Positions 13,241 to 26,981 of a stretch of 64,000 nucleotides of DNA are shown piece after piece (the first letter of the stretch is position 1; each line of letters begins with the position of its first letter). The notes beneath the pieces were generated by a model. That model did no database searches and was not told where the DNA came from. It saw nothing but the letters and a program-made list of their open reading frames with translations. This DNA comes from Felis catus (taxonomy: Eukaryota): assembly GCF_018350175.1 (NCBI RefSeq), contig NC_058368.1, positions 133,550,001 to 133,614,000 of the forward strand. Reading direction: 5' to 3'. The position numbers and the translations under genes are program-made.

Positions 13241-13917
13241 ACGTACCTGATAAAGATGTGATGCGTTATCACTTTTAAGGAGCTTCAAAGCTAGTTGAAA
13301 TGAGACTTGAGAGAAACCAGCAAAGTGGAAGGAAATAATGTGTTGGATAGTGTGCAGTTTTGAGAATTTATAGATCTGGAAGAAGGATGTGGGCTTCAGG
13401 GCTCTAGCAAGGATGGTCAGGCAAGCCTCAAGGTGTAGTGGAATTAAATATGTAATGAAACAGGCTGGGAGTGGTAGATACAAATGGACAGTGTGGTGTG
13501 AACAATGTTGTTTTTTCTTAGTACAGTGTTTCTAGAATAGCCACAGAGGCAAAGGACCACATGAAGAGCCAGAGGCTCATGGCTGTCAGTGACAGAATGG
13601 TTTCTGACTTAATGTGGATCTTGAAAGACCACTACTGTCTGTCTGTTCATAAGAAGAATGTCCTGTTGACTTAGAAGATCTCCCAGCTGCAAAGTCTGTT
13701 ATCTGCTGGTATTTTAGTCAAAAGGAAATAATTCTTAATTTTTGTTGGATTCCATGGCTAGATGGTAATAATGGCTTTCTGGATTATATCTTTTCTTTGT
13801 GATCTGGTACTATTAATTTGTTTTTAAACAAAGAATGGGACACTGTGCAATTTCAACTCAGCTATTTGTGATCTAAATACTTCATTGTTCAGGGCTCTTG
13901 TTTGTATAAGTAAAAGT

Positions 13918-14143
13918 CTTTTTTGTTTTTAATTTTTTGAAACGTTTATTTAATTTTGAGAGACAGAGACAGAGTGTGAGTGGGAAAGGAGCAGAGAGAG
14001 ACACACAGAATCCGAAGCATGCTCCAGGTTCCAGGCTCTGAGCTGTCAGCACAGAGCCTGATGGGGAGCTTGAACTCACGAACCATGAGATCATGACCTG
14101 AGCCAAAGTCGAATGCTTAACTGACTAAGCCATCTAGGCCCCC
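13918..14143 (-). mobile_element. Can-SINE
   Basis: Poly-T, (GA)n, gagatcatgacctgagcc, ends ...catctaggcccc. Confidence 0.93.
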
Positions 14144-14964
14144 CCCTTTTTTATTCTTAGACATAAACAGTGATAACTTTGAGCCTCTTCTTTTTACATA
14201 GCTCTGATGAAAATGTTCTTAATTAAAGTTTTAAAAACTTCTTTCTTTCCCCTATTTTCTGGAAAACATCTTTTGACAGATTCAGGTGATGGAAAGTCAT
14301 GAGTTTCTCATCTTTAAGTGCTTCTAAGGTTTGGTGAAACAACTTTGGCAGTGGTGAACCATCTTCCATTTCCCAAGGACATCAAGTTCCTAGTCTCATG
14401 CCCATCCTTGTTCTGGAAAGAGGATAACTATGTATCTTCTTTCTTTTTGCCTGACCAATACAGCTCTGTACACATACACTGTCTCTTCCGGGAAGCCTTC
14501 CCTGACATCTCTCCCCACCCCAGCCTTCTCTGAATTGTGCATATCTAAAAACAAAACATTTATCACATGGGACTATAAGGGTGTTTTTGCTTATCTTCCC
14601 CTCCTAACCTCTTTTGTCCCCAAGTGGTCTGATTACTGAAAGGGCCAGGATAATGATCTATAGTTGATAAAGAAGTGAGCCTAGAGTATTCATGGGATGG
14701 CCTCTTAGAAATAACACGAAATGAAATATGAAATTGATATTAGGTGTGTCCATAGCACCTTTTTACATTTTAATTGACCTTCAAGACACTTGTTTCTGAA
14801 AATGAATTCTGGAATTGGAGAATCCTATGGGTAGTATATACCTTAGGTCACCCCTTTCCCCTTGCCTAGAAAGATGGTGCACTGCAGTGGCCTTTATCTA
14901 AATGGTGTTCCTTTTTTTTACAAGCCCTTGATTTGGAATTTAATTCCTGTAAACAGTTTAGAGG

Positions 14965-15150
14965 AATGCTTAAGAGCATGAGCTCCAGAGCCAGGCTGCC
15001 TAGGTTGGAATCTGGACTTGAGTACTTCATAGTTGTGTCCCTTTGACCAAGGAGCATAACCTCCCCGTGACTCTGAAAAATGGGAATATTAACGGTACCT
15101 ATTTTTTGTGGTTGTTGCTGACATCAGGAAGCACATGAGAAGAGCACAGT
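14965..15150. mobile_element. MIR fragment
   Basis: ttaagagcatgagctccagagccaggctgcctaggtt...aaaatgggaata resembles MIR. Confidence 0.6.
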
Positions 15151-17293
15151 AATGTTAACTGGTACCATTTTGTTCAAGAGGAGTAAGCTCACGTATTTAT
15201 TAAACCAGGGAACTTAAGTTTTATTAAATGCATGCCTGAAGTTTATGATTTAAAGAATTGATGAAAGTGGTCTTGCAAAGATAAGGTTGTCTCTGATTAT
15301 TTTCAGATAGCTGTAGGCCTACTCTCTTTTCTATAGGATAGTTTATAATACATGAAGCTTATTTGGAATTAAAAGTTAAGAAAAAGTGTACATTGGTATT
15401 TTTAACAGGAAGTAAACTTTTAGGGATGATATCCTGAAACAAAAGTAGAAAGACAACCCCCCCCCCAAAAAAAAGGAAACCCCAACTACTTTTTTTTTTT
15501 CATTTCCCTTATTAGATTACAGAAAAGGCTTACCAGGATCTTGGTCTTCAAGAGTCTTACTTTTTACCAAATACATAAGTTGCTTTCTTTTGAGTTGACA
15601 CTTTGTATGCTACTTACCACAGTGCCTTTGTATCCAGGCCTTTGAAATAGCAACATCTATTTGAATGTACTGTTAATTTTGCCTTCATTTTTTGCCATGG
15701 CCAAATTTCGCTATCATTTATGAAGTTGTAACAGAGAGCCTGCCTTTGGGATTCTAACATTTTGGCTGGCTCACTCTGTCAGTGAAGCATTTTTGAGCGC
15801 ACCTCCCTACTATATGAATATATTTTAAAATTATTTACATGTACTTAGAGGAGGTATTAAAAAAATCATCGACCTGTGAATCTTTACTAGGAAGCTGTTG
15901 GAACATTTCCTTTAGGGTTTTAGCAGGGGTCTGGAGGCAGCTCTGTTTGCCAACTTTAACCATATAGCTGTCATGTCACAGAGAAGTACAGGGAGTCCTC
16001 GGATAGGTAATGGGTAAGGTGGAGTTTATGTGGAGTGCCTGAGGCAGTGACTGTTGGCTAACTTGTGAGGAAGTATTTTAGCCTTCAGAAATAGTGTGTA
16101 TCTGCTGAGCGTCAGCCTGAATGTCAACTTAGGAAATGTACTAAAATCCCCAAAAAAGAAGAAACACAGAAAACGGCATCCAGGACTCTTACATTTTCCC
16201 CCTAAACCCAATTGGGTTATATCGTGTACCCCTGGGGCGTCCATATTGTACTTTGTAGATTCTTGGAATAAACTACAAGGTCTGCCTTCTAAACCTGCTA
16301 CGGTAGAGTTTTATTGATTAAATGATGTTTTGAATATTCAGCGAGGCTGCCTTTTCTTTTTAGGAAAGGTTTTTTAAATTTTATTTGTAAATGGAAGGAG
16401 TAGCAGGTCTTTGCTACACATGTCATTAACTGCTACTAAATTGACACGAATGTTGACAGTTACTGTGAGAACTGTTGCAGAGCTAATGATGTTAATTAGA
16501 ATGTAACATGCCAGTAATTGCGTGTATTCAAACATCATACCATCACTTTTTGTGTTTTCTTCTCCAGATGTAAGACATTCATTCATTTGTTGCTTGAAAA
16601 GCTGCAGAATTATAGCTAAGATAACAAATAATTGCCTGCAAATAAAATTGGTTCTTTAGAAATATGCTCTAATTGGTTGGCTATGTAAAAGGCAGAAACA
16701 AATGTTAGCATGTTAAGCATATAAATTAGGAACATTGCTTACGAAATCCTTAGTTTTGGGCTTTTCATTTAAATAAGCCTTCTTATTGCAATTAATATTA
16801 TCGTTTGGTTTATGAACCTTAAAAATATACTCCCTTTCAGCATTTTTTGAAGTTGTAATTTAGCTTTCTTATACATGTTAGATGATTTGCAATTTAGATT
16901 TCAATTTGATTTCCATTCTTTAAAATACCATTTTTCTTGTATTTCATTTTTATTTAAAGCATGATTCTCTGTATTTGTGGAAGCTAGGCATAAACTACTA
17001 GAAAAATCAAGCTTTTAAGCAAGCCAGGAACATAAAACATTTTAATAGGAATTTCACATAACTAAACTAAGTATTTGAGGGTCTAGCCAAAGAATTACGG
17101 TTCTTTGGAAATAAACTTTATGGGACATAGTGTCCCTAATTTACTTTCTCTTATAGTTCCTTTAAAAGAAATAGCGTTTCTTTTGTTGATTTAAAATCCT
17201 CACCACTTCTTATGTATGTAGAGTGTTAAATATGCCTTTTCCTGATGATTTTAGGGCCATATCTACTTGAAGAGAGAGTTGTGGTCTCTGTAG

Positions 17294-17343
17294 TTTTTTT
17301 AAGGTTTTTAGTATATGTATGTATGTGGATGTGTGTGTATATA

Positions 17344-17381
<38 letters not shown>

Positions 17382-17558
17382 TAGAGGGAGAGAGAGGGCA
17401 CTAGTGGGGGAGAGGGGCAGAGGGAGGGACAGAGAATCTAAGCAGTTTCCATGCTCAGCCTGGAGCCCAACACAGGACTCAATCTCAGGACTGTGAGATC
17501 ATGACCTGAGCCGAAATCAAGAGTCCTACGGTTAACTGACTGAGCCACCAGGTGTCCC
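17294..17558 (-). mobile_element. Can-SINE whose tail region has become a (TG)n microsatellite (~17345-17379)
   Basis: SINE body gagatcatgacctgagccgaaatcaagagtc...ctgagccaccaggtgtccc, preceded by the TG repeat. Confidence 0.9.
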
Positions 17559-18149
17559 TATATTTTTTTCCATTGAAAGTTTTGATGTGAATGTTTCTGT
17601 TGTAATTGGAGTGTGTCTGGGTTCCCGCCCCCCACCTCAAGTTGTGACCCACATAAATCAGCCCGTCACTTGCGGTACCCTGACCTTAATTTTGTAGGAC
17701 TTGCAGTATGTATATCCTTTTCAGTATATATACCCGATCCATCATCTGGCTCTATCTAGTGTGATGTGCTCAGAGGGGAAGAGTGTTTCTTTTAAACCCC
17801 TCTTATAATGATCACTGCATAATTCTGCTGGCAGATGCTGTGTTTTGCCTATTTTTTGCTAATATTTTTGTTCAGCATTTAAGGAGCTCCTGTTATCCTT
17901 AGTATATAGATCCTGTCTTGGTTTATTTATTGACTTTAAAAAATAGCAGATGATGATGAAAAAGACTGGCATGTTTAGGGTTGGGAAAGTTAAGACTGAA
18001 TTCTAGTACTCAGCTCCATAGTTCTGGGCAATTGTCCCTTAACCTCCTTGAGCCCTGGTGTCTTCATCAGTAAAATGGGAATAGTTAATCCTGCGTTTGT
18101 CATAACACTTCGAGAATATGACCTAACATACATCAGAACTAACTGCTAA

Positions 18150-20600
18150 GTACTTGGCATTTTTTGTGTATCTATTTCTGGGCTTCTCTTTCTTGCACTG
18201 GGCATATTTGCCTGCTTCTGTGCCTACATCACACTTTTCTTTATTCCTGTAACTTTGAAAGTCTTATTACTAATTGGTCAAGAAAGTTTCTTCATGTTCT
18301 TTATGAGTGTTGGCTGTTTTGGCATTTTTATCTTCTGTGTAAATTCCCTAGTGAAATTCTGCAAGCTAATTAGATTTTGATTAGAAATACGTTAAATCCA
18401 GAGATCAATTTGGGAAATTGACATTTTTATGATGTTCAGTTTTACTATTCTAGAGTGTAGTATATTGCTCCATTGACTTAGGGCTTTTTAAGTGTTCTCA
18501 TCTACAGAACGAATTTGTATATCCTCCATTAGATTTATTCTTAGGAATTTAAATAGCATCTTTCAAAAATAAAAATGTATACCTGTTTGCTAATGTATGG
18601 AAACTGAACTGGCTTTTGATATTTTAAATTAACTAAGCTTGCTAATCTTTTCTGATCTTTACAGATCTGTAGATTGGTGGGACGGGGGCTTTTGTAGACT
18701 CTGATGATGTACAAATAATAACAGCTTTGTTTCTTCCTTTTGCAGTCTTTACAGCTTTTATTTCTCTTTTAAAAATCTTACATCACTAACCAGTACTTCC
18801 AGGATTATGTGGAAAGGGAGTCATATCATGCATCCTTGTCTTGTTTTTAAACACAAAGGGAGTGTTTTGAACATTTCATATTATGTTTGATGAATGCTTT
18901 GGAGACTTTGTTTTTGTTTTTTATTTTGGAACCTCTTTATCAGGTGAAGCATGTTATTTTTTTTTTGTTTTTTTTTAATACCAATTCTTTTTTTGTATTT
19001 GTTAATGTTATTGATATGACACTTTTGAAAAAAATGCAACGTCACGGCAAATAACTTTAAAAAATACTTCTGTACATTCATTCCACTGTTTTGCTTAGGT
19101 TTTTGCTGTGTTTATTCTTGGTATTAGCTGGTGCTTTCCTTAGGTTATGTTAGCTCAACACCATGAATTAGGAATATATCCGTCATTCCTGTGATACTAC
19201 AATAAGGGTGTATACCAAGTCAATTGCTCTGTGGCACTTGTCAGTAGTATTTATTTCTTGCTGCGGGTCTGTGGGTTGGCTCGGGTTTTGGACTGTGGAT
19301 GTGTGAGTTGGCTTGGCTCTAATCGGTAGGTCAGAGCCCTGTCTGCCTTGCATGGACTACTGTGGGACCCAGCATGAAGGGGAGCACTTGCCTGTGGAAT
19401 GGTTTTCTCCTAATGGAAGTTGGAAACTCCTAGAGGGAGGAAGAGAAATACTGACTACTTAAGGGTTAGGCTCAAAACAGCCCAGTCTCCCTTCTACCTA
19501 TTGGCGAAAGCCAGTCATGTGAGTAAATCCAGCGTCAGTAGGAGAGAGGAAGTGCTTGCTAAACCATAATTTTATCTATGACAGGAACAGTTCCTTCTTT
19601 GTCTAATCTCTGAAGGAGTTTGTTTAAGAATGGATTGATTTCTTTCTGGACTGTTCTGAATGTTACCTAAAAAGGAGTCTGGACCTGACTGATAATTTCT
19701 TTCATGGGGCACTTCTGCCTGATTGCATTTTTAATTAGTTATTGGACACATCAGATTTTTAATTTCTTCTTGAGTCACTATGGTATTTTTTTTTTAATTT
19801 TTTTTAACGTTTTATTTATTTTTGAGACAGGGAGAGACAGAGCATGAACAGGGGAGGGTCAGAGAGAGGGAGACACAGAATCTGAAACAGGCTCCAGGCT
19901 CTGAGCTGTCAGCACAGAGCCAGACGCGGGGCTCGAACTCACGGACCGCGAGATCATGACCCGAGCTGAAGTCAGCCGCTCAACCGACTGAGCCACCCAG
20001 GCGCCCCAAGTCACTATGGTATTTAATAGTTTTGTGTGTATCTGGTTATTCTATTTGCAAATGATGTGTATGGTGTGGCGGCTGTAGTTTTGATTCCTTT
20101 CCCATTCTTACTATTGTTTGGTTGTGTTTTCTTTCTTACACTTTCTCCCCCTTCTGTTAGTTTTGCAGACGTTTGTCCAAATTAGTAATTTAAATGGCTC
20201 TGGAACTCGTATTGTGCCTAGATAGGTATTTTTTCTTCTCAGATTCTAACAATGTGTCTCATACTTTCTTTCTTTTATGGATGAATTTTTAATGTTTAAA
20301 TCTGTAATCTGGAACTTACTTTTATTGATGAGTAAAAGCGCATTTGAGTATATTATTCTGTTTCCAAGTGGGCTAGCTAGTTATTCCAGCACTATTATTG
20401 AACAGCTGCTTCCCCCCCACCCCTAATTTGTAATACCATTTTTAGCATGCACCAAATTCCTAAGTACGTTATGGGTCTATTTCTTGGCTCTGTTCTGTTC
20501 CTTTGATTTGTCTCCTTGTGTTGGTATCATACAATCTAATTCCTGAAGATTCATGCTATTTTTAACATCTACCAGGGCTGGTAGAGGAGCCTCATAACTC
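18150..20600 (-). mobile_element. Degraded ancient L1 fragments interrupted by a probable MaLR LTR relic (~19190-19580) and a SINE
   Basis: T-rich antisense L1-like phrases (agatcaatttgggaaattgacattttta, catccttgtcttgtt, ttccagcactattattgaa). Subfamily and limits uncertain. Confidence 0.5.
19789..20007 (-). mobile_element. Feline-type Can-SINE, young
   Basis: CpG-rich. Exact 16-bp TSD agtcactatggtattt at 19773-19788 and 20009-20024. Confidence 0.96.
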
Positions 20601-20629
20601 TTCTAGTTACATTTATTTACAGTTACATT

Positions 20630-20850
20630 TATTTAAGAAAAACTTTTGTTAACATTTATTCATTTTTGAGAGACAGCACGAGTGGGGGACAGGCATAGAG
20701 AGAGAGAGACAGGGAGACCCAGAATCCAAAGGAGGCTCCAGGCTCTGAGCCATCAGCCCAGAGCCCATGCACGGCTCCAACTCACAGACCATGAGATCAT
20801 GACCTGAGCCTAAGTCGGATGCTTAACCGACTGAGCCACCCAGGTGCCCC
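20630..20850 (-). mobile_element. Can-SINE
   Basis: Ends ctgagccacccaggtgcccc. TSD-like tattt(a/g)cagttacattt on both sides. Confidence 0.93.
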
Positions 20851-23050
20851 TATTTGCAGTTACATTTAAAAGACTGGCCCTCATTTTAGCATTTTTTCTA
20901 TCTCTGGAAATAATTTCCTCATTTTCTTTGAAAGCCAGTGAGAGGAAAAAAAAATCATCCCTTGTGAAAATAGTAGACATCTGCTAGTCTTATAAATCAT
21001 AGTTCTTTTGGGTTGCAGTGGGGAGAGAAACTGTCTTTTCTCTGGTCAGTTTCCCACATCAGCCTCCTGACCTGTGTACTACAGAGCTTTGGGGCACCAT
21101 TTACTGAGACTTGTAATGTGCCAAGTTCTAGTATAGTGGTGTGATACCTAACCCTGGACCTTGGCGCTTCCTGGAGTGGGGCTCACTGATTATTTTTGCC
21201 ACTGGCTTAAGAAACCAGAGCCTCCCAATAGCAGGTCTCCAAAGACTGGGGATATTTTCAGAGAATGTGCACATGTGTGGTCCAGCACTGCCTCTACATG
21301 TGGGAAACACCTCCTTTGCCAATCTCAGGGGCTCCTGCTTTGATTTCGTGAAGGGAGTGACCAAGTTACCTTGTAGCTTGCAGTTGTGAAATCCTAATGC
21401 CACCAACTACCACACTAGCTGTACAGATGTACTGTTTCTTGGTGGCTGCATCGGAAGAGCCAACAAAAGAAGTGAAAAGGTAATGACCATACCACTTTGC
21501 TGGCATGAGCTGTTTTCCCAAAGTGTTGTTTTTCTGAATTATTCAGAACGTTCTCTGCCCCTCGTGCGAGGGCAAAGGATGGGCTCCAAGGGGGATGGGT
21601 ACTGATAACACACAAGGAATAATTCCCCTCATCCATCAAGCCTGACAACTCACGGATTCCTTGCTCTGTCAGAGCAGGGAGAGGCTTGAGCAGGGTTGAA
21701 TGGTCCCTACTTGTCTGGCATTTTAAAGAAATCTGAATTTGGTATGAAATTAACTGGATGCAGCTGAAGTCGCTGGTGCCAACAGTTCCCACTGAAGTCC
21801 TAATCCTAGAGCCTCTCCCACAAGGCAGAAGGATGTGACAAACATGTGTCTGAATTATGACCATCGTCTGGGCCTGTCCTTGCTGAAAGCTCCTCATTAA
21901 GATGAAGAGGTTAGGAATCCAATATCAGGGCAAATGATGCCACATCTTTGATTGGCCAGAACTTTATTTACCTTTCCATCCTGGAGTCTTAGATCCAGTT
22001 GATCAATTAGGAAGTTCAGGATTAGATTACTTCTCTGTTCTTTATTTTTTGTTCTAAAAAGTTAAGTTTATTTTTGTATCATAAACTTATAAATCCCCAT
22101 AGAACATTTTAAAAAAATTTCTTAAAAGGTAGGGATAAAAGTCATGCATAATATGCAACCATTCTTAACTCCTTTTCTCGAAACGTAGTTTGTCTTTTCG
22201 TGCCCTCTGGTAACTTGTGGTAGCCCATAGACATTCCTCTGTGCTCACCTGTCCTGTTTCCCCCACATCCCAATTTTGGGCTAGTTACTGGTCTGATTTT
22301 TCATTTCTCCCTTTGGTTTCTTTCTGTCTGTTTTCCTTCTCTGTAGTTTGTAGCTCTGACATTGGAAGTCTGAAGGTTTTTGTGTCTCAGCGGGAGCTAA
22401 CCCCGTGTCCCGGGTGCCACAACTGATGGTTGGTACCCATCTTTTATTCATGTGATCTCTTCCCTTTCCTTCTCCTACTTCTTCGTGCCCCACTTTGCCA
22501 TCACAGAGGGGTTTACGTCCTTACGCTCATAAGAATTGTGGAGCTGAAGGCTCTCTGTCAGGCATCCCCTTTTCTCTAGACACGGGGGGGGTGGGGGGTG
22601 GGGGGGCCCCTGGTTCCCGAAAGGAAGTATTGCTCTGGCAGCTGCTCCCCTAAGACTGGAGTCCTCTGCTTCCACTGCCATCAGCCCTTTTGTGTTGGCT
22701 GCACCGCTATCAAAGCTGATATCCCTAGATATCTCTAGATGGCAGCATCTGCCTCCCTCTGCCTTGAGGCTAGAATAGAAAAGAATACTTGACTGTAGCC
22801 CCAAGGATGATGTGAGTGTTGCTGCCTGGTCTTTGTGACAAGTGTCTTTCCTTGCCTTTCCTTCTGCTTCCACGTGGGTGTTAAAGTCCACAGGCAGTCA
22901 TGGAGTTGGAATATCCAATATACCCTTTTCCTGTGTTCTTCAATGGTCCACCTTGCAAAACCAGAGACTTGAATGGAGTTGTTCAGTCGTGTTTTATCCA
23001 GTGAAATTTTTTTGTGAGGAGCATTGCTTTAAGATGTAGCTAGGGGGTGG

Positions 23051-23220
23051 GGGGTGCCTGGGTAGCTCAGTTGGTTAAGCATCTGACTCGATCTTGGCTC
23101 AGGTCATGATCTCACAGTTCATGGGTTCGATCCCCACGTCTCTGTTTCTGTCTCTCTGCCCCTTCTCCCTTCTCTCTCTTTCTCTGTGTCTCTCTCAAAA
23201 TAAATAAATGAAGTAAAAAA
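23051..23220 (+). mobile_element. Can-SINE with internal deletion
   Basis: ggggtgcctgggtagctcagttggttaagc head joins the (CT)n region directly after gatccccacgtc, followed by the A tail. Confidence 0.9.
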
Positions 23221-24079
23221 ATTTTTTAAATGTAGCTTGAAGTTTCTTGTTAGTTATTCTTTAAAAGGTTGCCCATGAGGGCTGGTGGGTCGGGCTGTGG
23301 GAGGGACACTGGAGCAGATGTGCTAGATGCTGGACCGGTTCTCTTAGTTCTTAGCTGGTGCTCCAGTGTGTGCGGCTCTGAGTTCATCGTGTGTGACTCT
23401 CTTGAACACTGATGTCAAATATGTGGCCCCAAATCCAATTATGTTGTTTCCTGGTTCAGAGTACTTTCAAGATAATTACAATGTAGATTTGAAATCAAGT
23501 ACAGGAGAGTGTTCTGCTTTTTAAAATATGTATTATTATGTAGAAATGTTTGACCAGTTGTAATTTTTTTTTTAACCTGCCCGTTCCCCAGTGAAACTTT
23601 GGCTGCTGGGAAGCCCAGCAGGGCTGTGTCTCTGTGTCCTCTGTTGTCCTAGACGCGGGCCAGCACACTCAAGTTTCTCCAGAAACCTCTCCTTTACTAA
23701 TAGCATCCTCTTTGCCCTACATTTGGTCGCGGTTCCTGATACCGTAGCACAAACCATTTATCTCAGAATATTTAAACACACATTCTCTCTGCCTTAACTT
23801 CTGTGTTCCGGTGGAATTGTGTTCAGTTGATTTAAACAAAATATTAAACAGCTCAGCGAGCTCTTGCATTATATTGGATGTGGTGCCTGTGTCCCGGGTC
23901 AGCCTTTTCTCTGCTGCTGTGGAAATTAAACTCAAGCAAAAGAGATGAGCTAGACTCTGAATCGTAAGATGCCTTTATGTACGTTATTGTGAAATGTTCA
24001 GGATGTAGATGTGCTCCTTTTTCTGAAGGATATTTTTTTAAATGAGACCCAGAGTTTCTCCCAGGGTTAGGAGAGGTCA

Positions 24080-24084
<5 letters not shown>

Positions 24085-24114
<30 letters not shown>

Positions 24115-24333
24115 CACGTTTATTTATTTATTTTGAGAGAGAGAGAGGGAGGGATGGAGAGAAAGAGGGAGGGAGGGAGAATGAGCAGGGGAAGGGCAGG
24201 GAGAGAGAATCTCAGTAAGCCTCTGCATTGTCTGCTCAGAGCCTGATGCAGGGCTCCAACCGAACCGTGAGATGATGACCTGAACGGAGATCAAGAGTCA
24301 CATTCTTAACCAACTGAACCACCCAGGCTTCCC
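24085..24333 (-). mobile_element. Can-SINE
   Basis: Exact 16-bp TSD aggagaggtcatttct at 24069-24084 and 24334-24349. Confidence 0.93.
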
Positions 24334-26945
24334 AGGAGAGGTCATTTCTAAGTGTAGCGCCACCAGAGCTTCCTTGTGTGCAACTTGTCTCCTTCACTCT
24401 GCCTTCTTCCTTGGTGCCTCTGTCCATAGTTTCAAACTGAAGTGCTCCCCTCCCCCACCCCCACCCCACCACCAACAAAATGTGGCATTTAGACAAAGAG
24501 CTTTGAAGTCAGGGAAAGGCACATTAATTCATCCGGGAATGAATTTACGTGGAACTGGCTCTTCAGGCATTTCTTTCGAGATCACTAATCAGAAATGCTC
24601 TTGCTGCCTGTTACTTTTCTAATAAGCAGGAGAGTCTTAAGTTCCATGTAAGTAGGGGAGCCTTATGGTCACCCATGACACCAATACAAATTTAGAATTA
24701 AATAGTTACAATTGGCAGTCAGTCAGCGCCAATCTCTAGTGTCCTCACTTGGGAGTTAATCTGCCTGGGAGGAGGGGAACTCTCATTCATTTTACTGATG
24801 TGATCCTTCTTTCATGCTGCTCATTTACATTTTAACAGTAACATTTTTTTTTTTAATACGGGGATGTTTGCGGGGGGAACAACTTAGTAGCCCACAGTGT
24901 CGGTATCCCTGTTGACACTTTTATAAAAAGTCATACATATATAATATTAGAGAATTTCAAGAACACAAAAAGATATGAAATTAAGAAATGATTTACTTGT
25001 CTTCCTTGTCCCTCTCCCCTAAGGTAATCATTGCTAATTGTGTCTTGTTACTTGTAGAAAAAATGACATATGTCTCCATATGTCTCCATATTTATGTCTC
25101 CATAAATATATACAATTACATTTCTTTTTGAAATTTTGAACAGAGTTTGGCTTCACTTTTTAATTTAATATGAAGCTGTGTCATATGAGCACAGAAAAGT
25201 CTCCTGTGCCCCCTTTTAATGGTGACACAATATATCATCACATGGATATACCATTATGTAAATTGCCCGACCAGTCCCCAGGGTGTGGACTCTGCAACAA
25301 CTTGGAGATCCCTGGAGCTCTGACCTATGTGACGTCTGCTGGGAGAGAGCTCGCACACCATTATTTGTAGCTGGAGCATGATTTGTGGTTGTTGGTGAGG
25401 TAAGTTTTCTCTCTGTTTAATCGGGATGATTTAGGAGTGCCTTGTGTTCTATTCAAGAAATGCCAGCTGTCGTAACAAATATACTCCGTTTTTGCTGATG
25501 TAGAAGTTTATTTACTATTGTTGTTGTTTACTTCTCTAAACCATAGAACTTTACTTCTCCCTCACCTGTGGGCCTTTTGGGCAGAGATGTGCGCTCTTCT
25601 ACGGAGCCCTTCAGGGACTCCGACTGATAGAAGTTCAGCTGTGTTTTTGTTCTTTCCAAGTTCCCCTGAGTGTTGACACCCCAGATAGTATATGGGGAAG
25701 GATCGCATGGGAAGTGTTAATGGTCTGGATCTTGAAGCGCGGTTCATATCTACCCCATAGTCCATTGTCTGGAACTCAGTCTCGTAACCTCACCCAACTC
25801 TGAGAGAGGCTAGGAAATGTCTTCTAGCGGCGTACCCAGAAACAAAGATGAATGGTAAATAGACAGTTGACACGACCAAAAGCATGAATGGGAGCACTAC
25901 CAAAGCATCACCTGTCACCTGTCCTCTCTTTGGATCTTTGTGGTACAGGTTCCTCTGCTTTTCAAAAGTTCAAGTTACCACCCTTCATTTCTGCAAAGGA
26001 CCTGCCTTGGTACCTGTTTTTACTAACCGAAAGAAATCTAAAGAGGATTTTCAATTTTAGGAAAACAAGCTGAAGGGGAAAAGTAGTGTCCAGCATTTGT
26101 TTTGCCCCAAGCCCTAACAGAGGCGGTGAGTGCCCAGCCTTGAGAGTGGCGCAGCCAAGCTCCTCCCCCCGGAACTACACTCCACCTGGCGGCCTCAGGC
26201 TGCCATAGCTTTGAACACCCGCCCTTTATCTTGGGCTTCTTTTAGCAAGATGTGTCCTGAGTTATCAGAAAAGCCCGAGAGGTTGTTTTCTTGGGTCTGG
26301 GCATGCTCAAAAGGTCTTCCATATAAATTAATGGTAATTGCTTCTTTGCTTTACAAACCTTGTTGGCTTACGAAAGGTTTCATAGGAGCACTCTAGGATA
26401 GCTGGGGAAATCTGGATCAAGTGTGCTGGCAAGTTCATCCAGAGAGGATGCTTTCTCCTCTGCTGTTCCATCCTTTTGCCTTCCCTCCCTGCCCTCCTTC
26501 ACCCTCCCAGTTCTTTACTGACTGTGATAGCATAGTGGCGATGCAGAGGTCTTAATCCCATGTGTGACAGAACTTGAAAAGAAAAGAGAGGAAGCCGAGA
26601 TGGGATGGGAAGGTTTTTGGCCATATTCCCCAAAAGGCTTTCCTCTGAAATCAGAAGTTAGAGGATGCTGCCGTCGCTGTATACAACAACCGTGTGTCTG
26701 TTCTGTCTGTCCTTCTGAGAGTAACTAATTGCAGGATAAACATCACTGGGGGCTTTCCAGGTGATAACTTTCGGCACAGAGGAGGGCCATGCATGTACAG
26801 GATCTGGGCAGTGGCCCAGAGAATCTGCCAGGCAGAATGGCTCCTGTTGGCTTCTCTATGCTGCCACCAGGGCTCCCTGACAGTTGGTCCCTGAACGCTG
26901 GAGAGAGATGTCAGTAATGGTCTGCTGGCGAGGGCCTCTGATGGG

Positions 26946-26946
<1 letters not shown>

Positions 26947-26980
<34 letters not shown>
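26947..26980 (+). repeat. Poly-G run (G34)
   Basis: Read directly from the sequence. Confidence 0.9.

Positions 26981-26981
<1 letters not shown>

Noticed and set aside
21415..21897. Longest unexplained ORFs (160 aa here; 156 aa at 57664-58134; 142 aa at 10130-10558)
   Set aside because: No recognisable domain, coding-like composition or splice structure; lengths are compatible with chance in 64 kb.
25068..25105. Short tandem duplications (tatgtctcca x3; similar at ~30308-30352 and ~39765-39793)
   Set aside because: Ordinary replication-slippage products with no sign of function.
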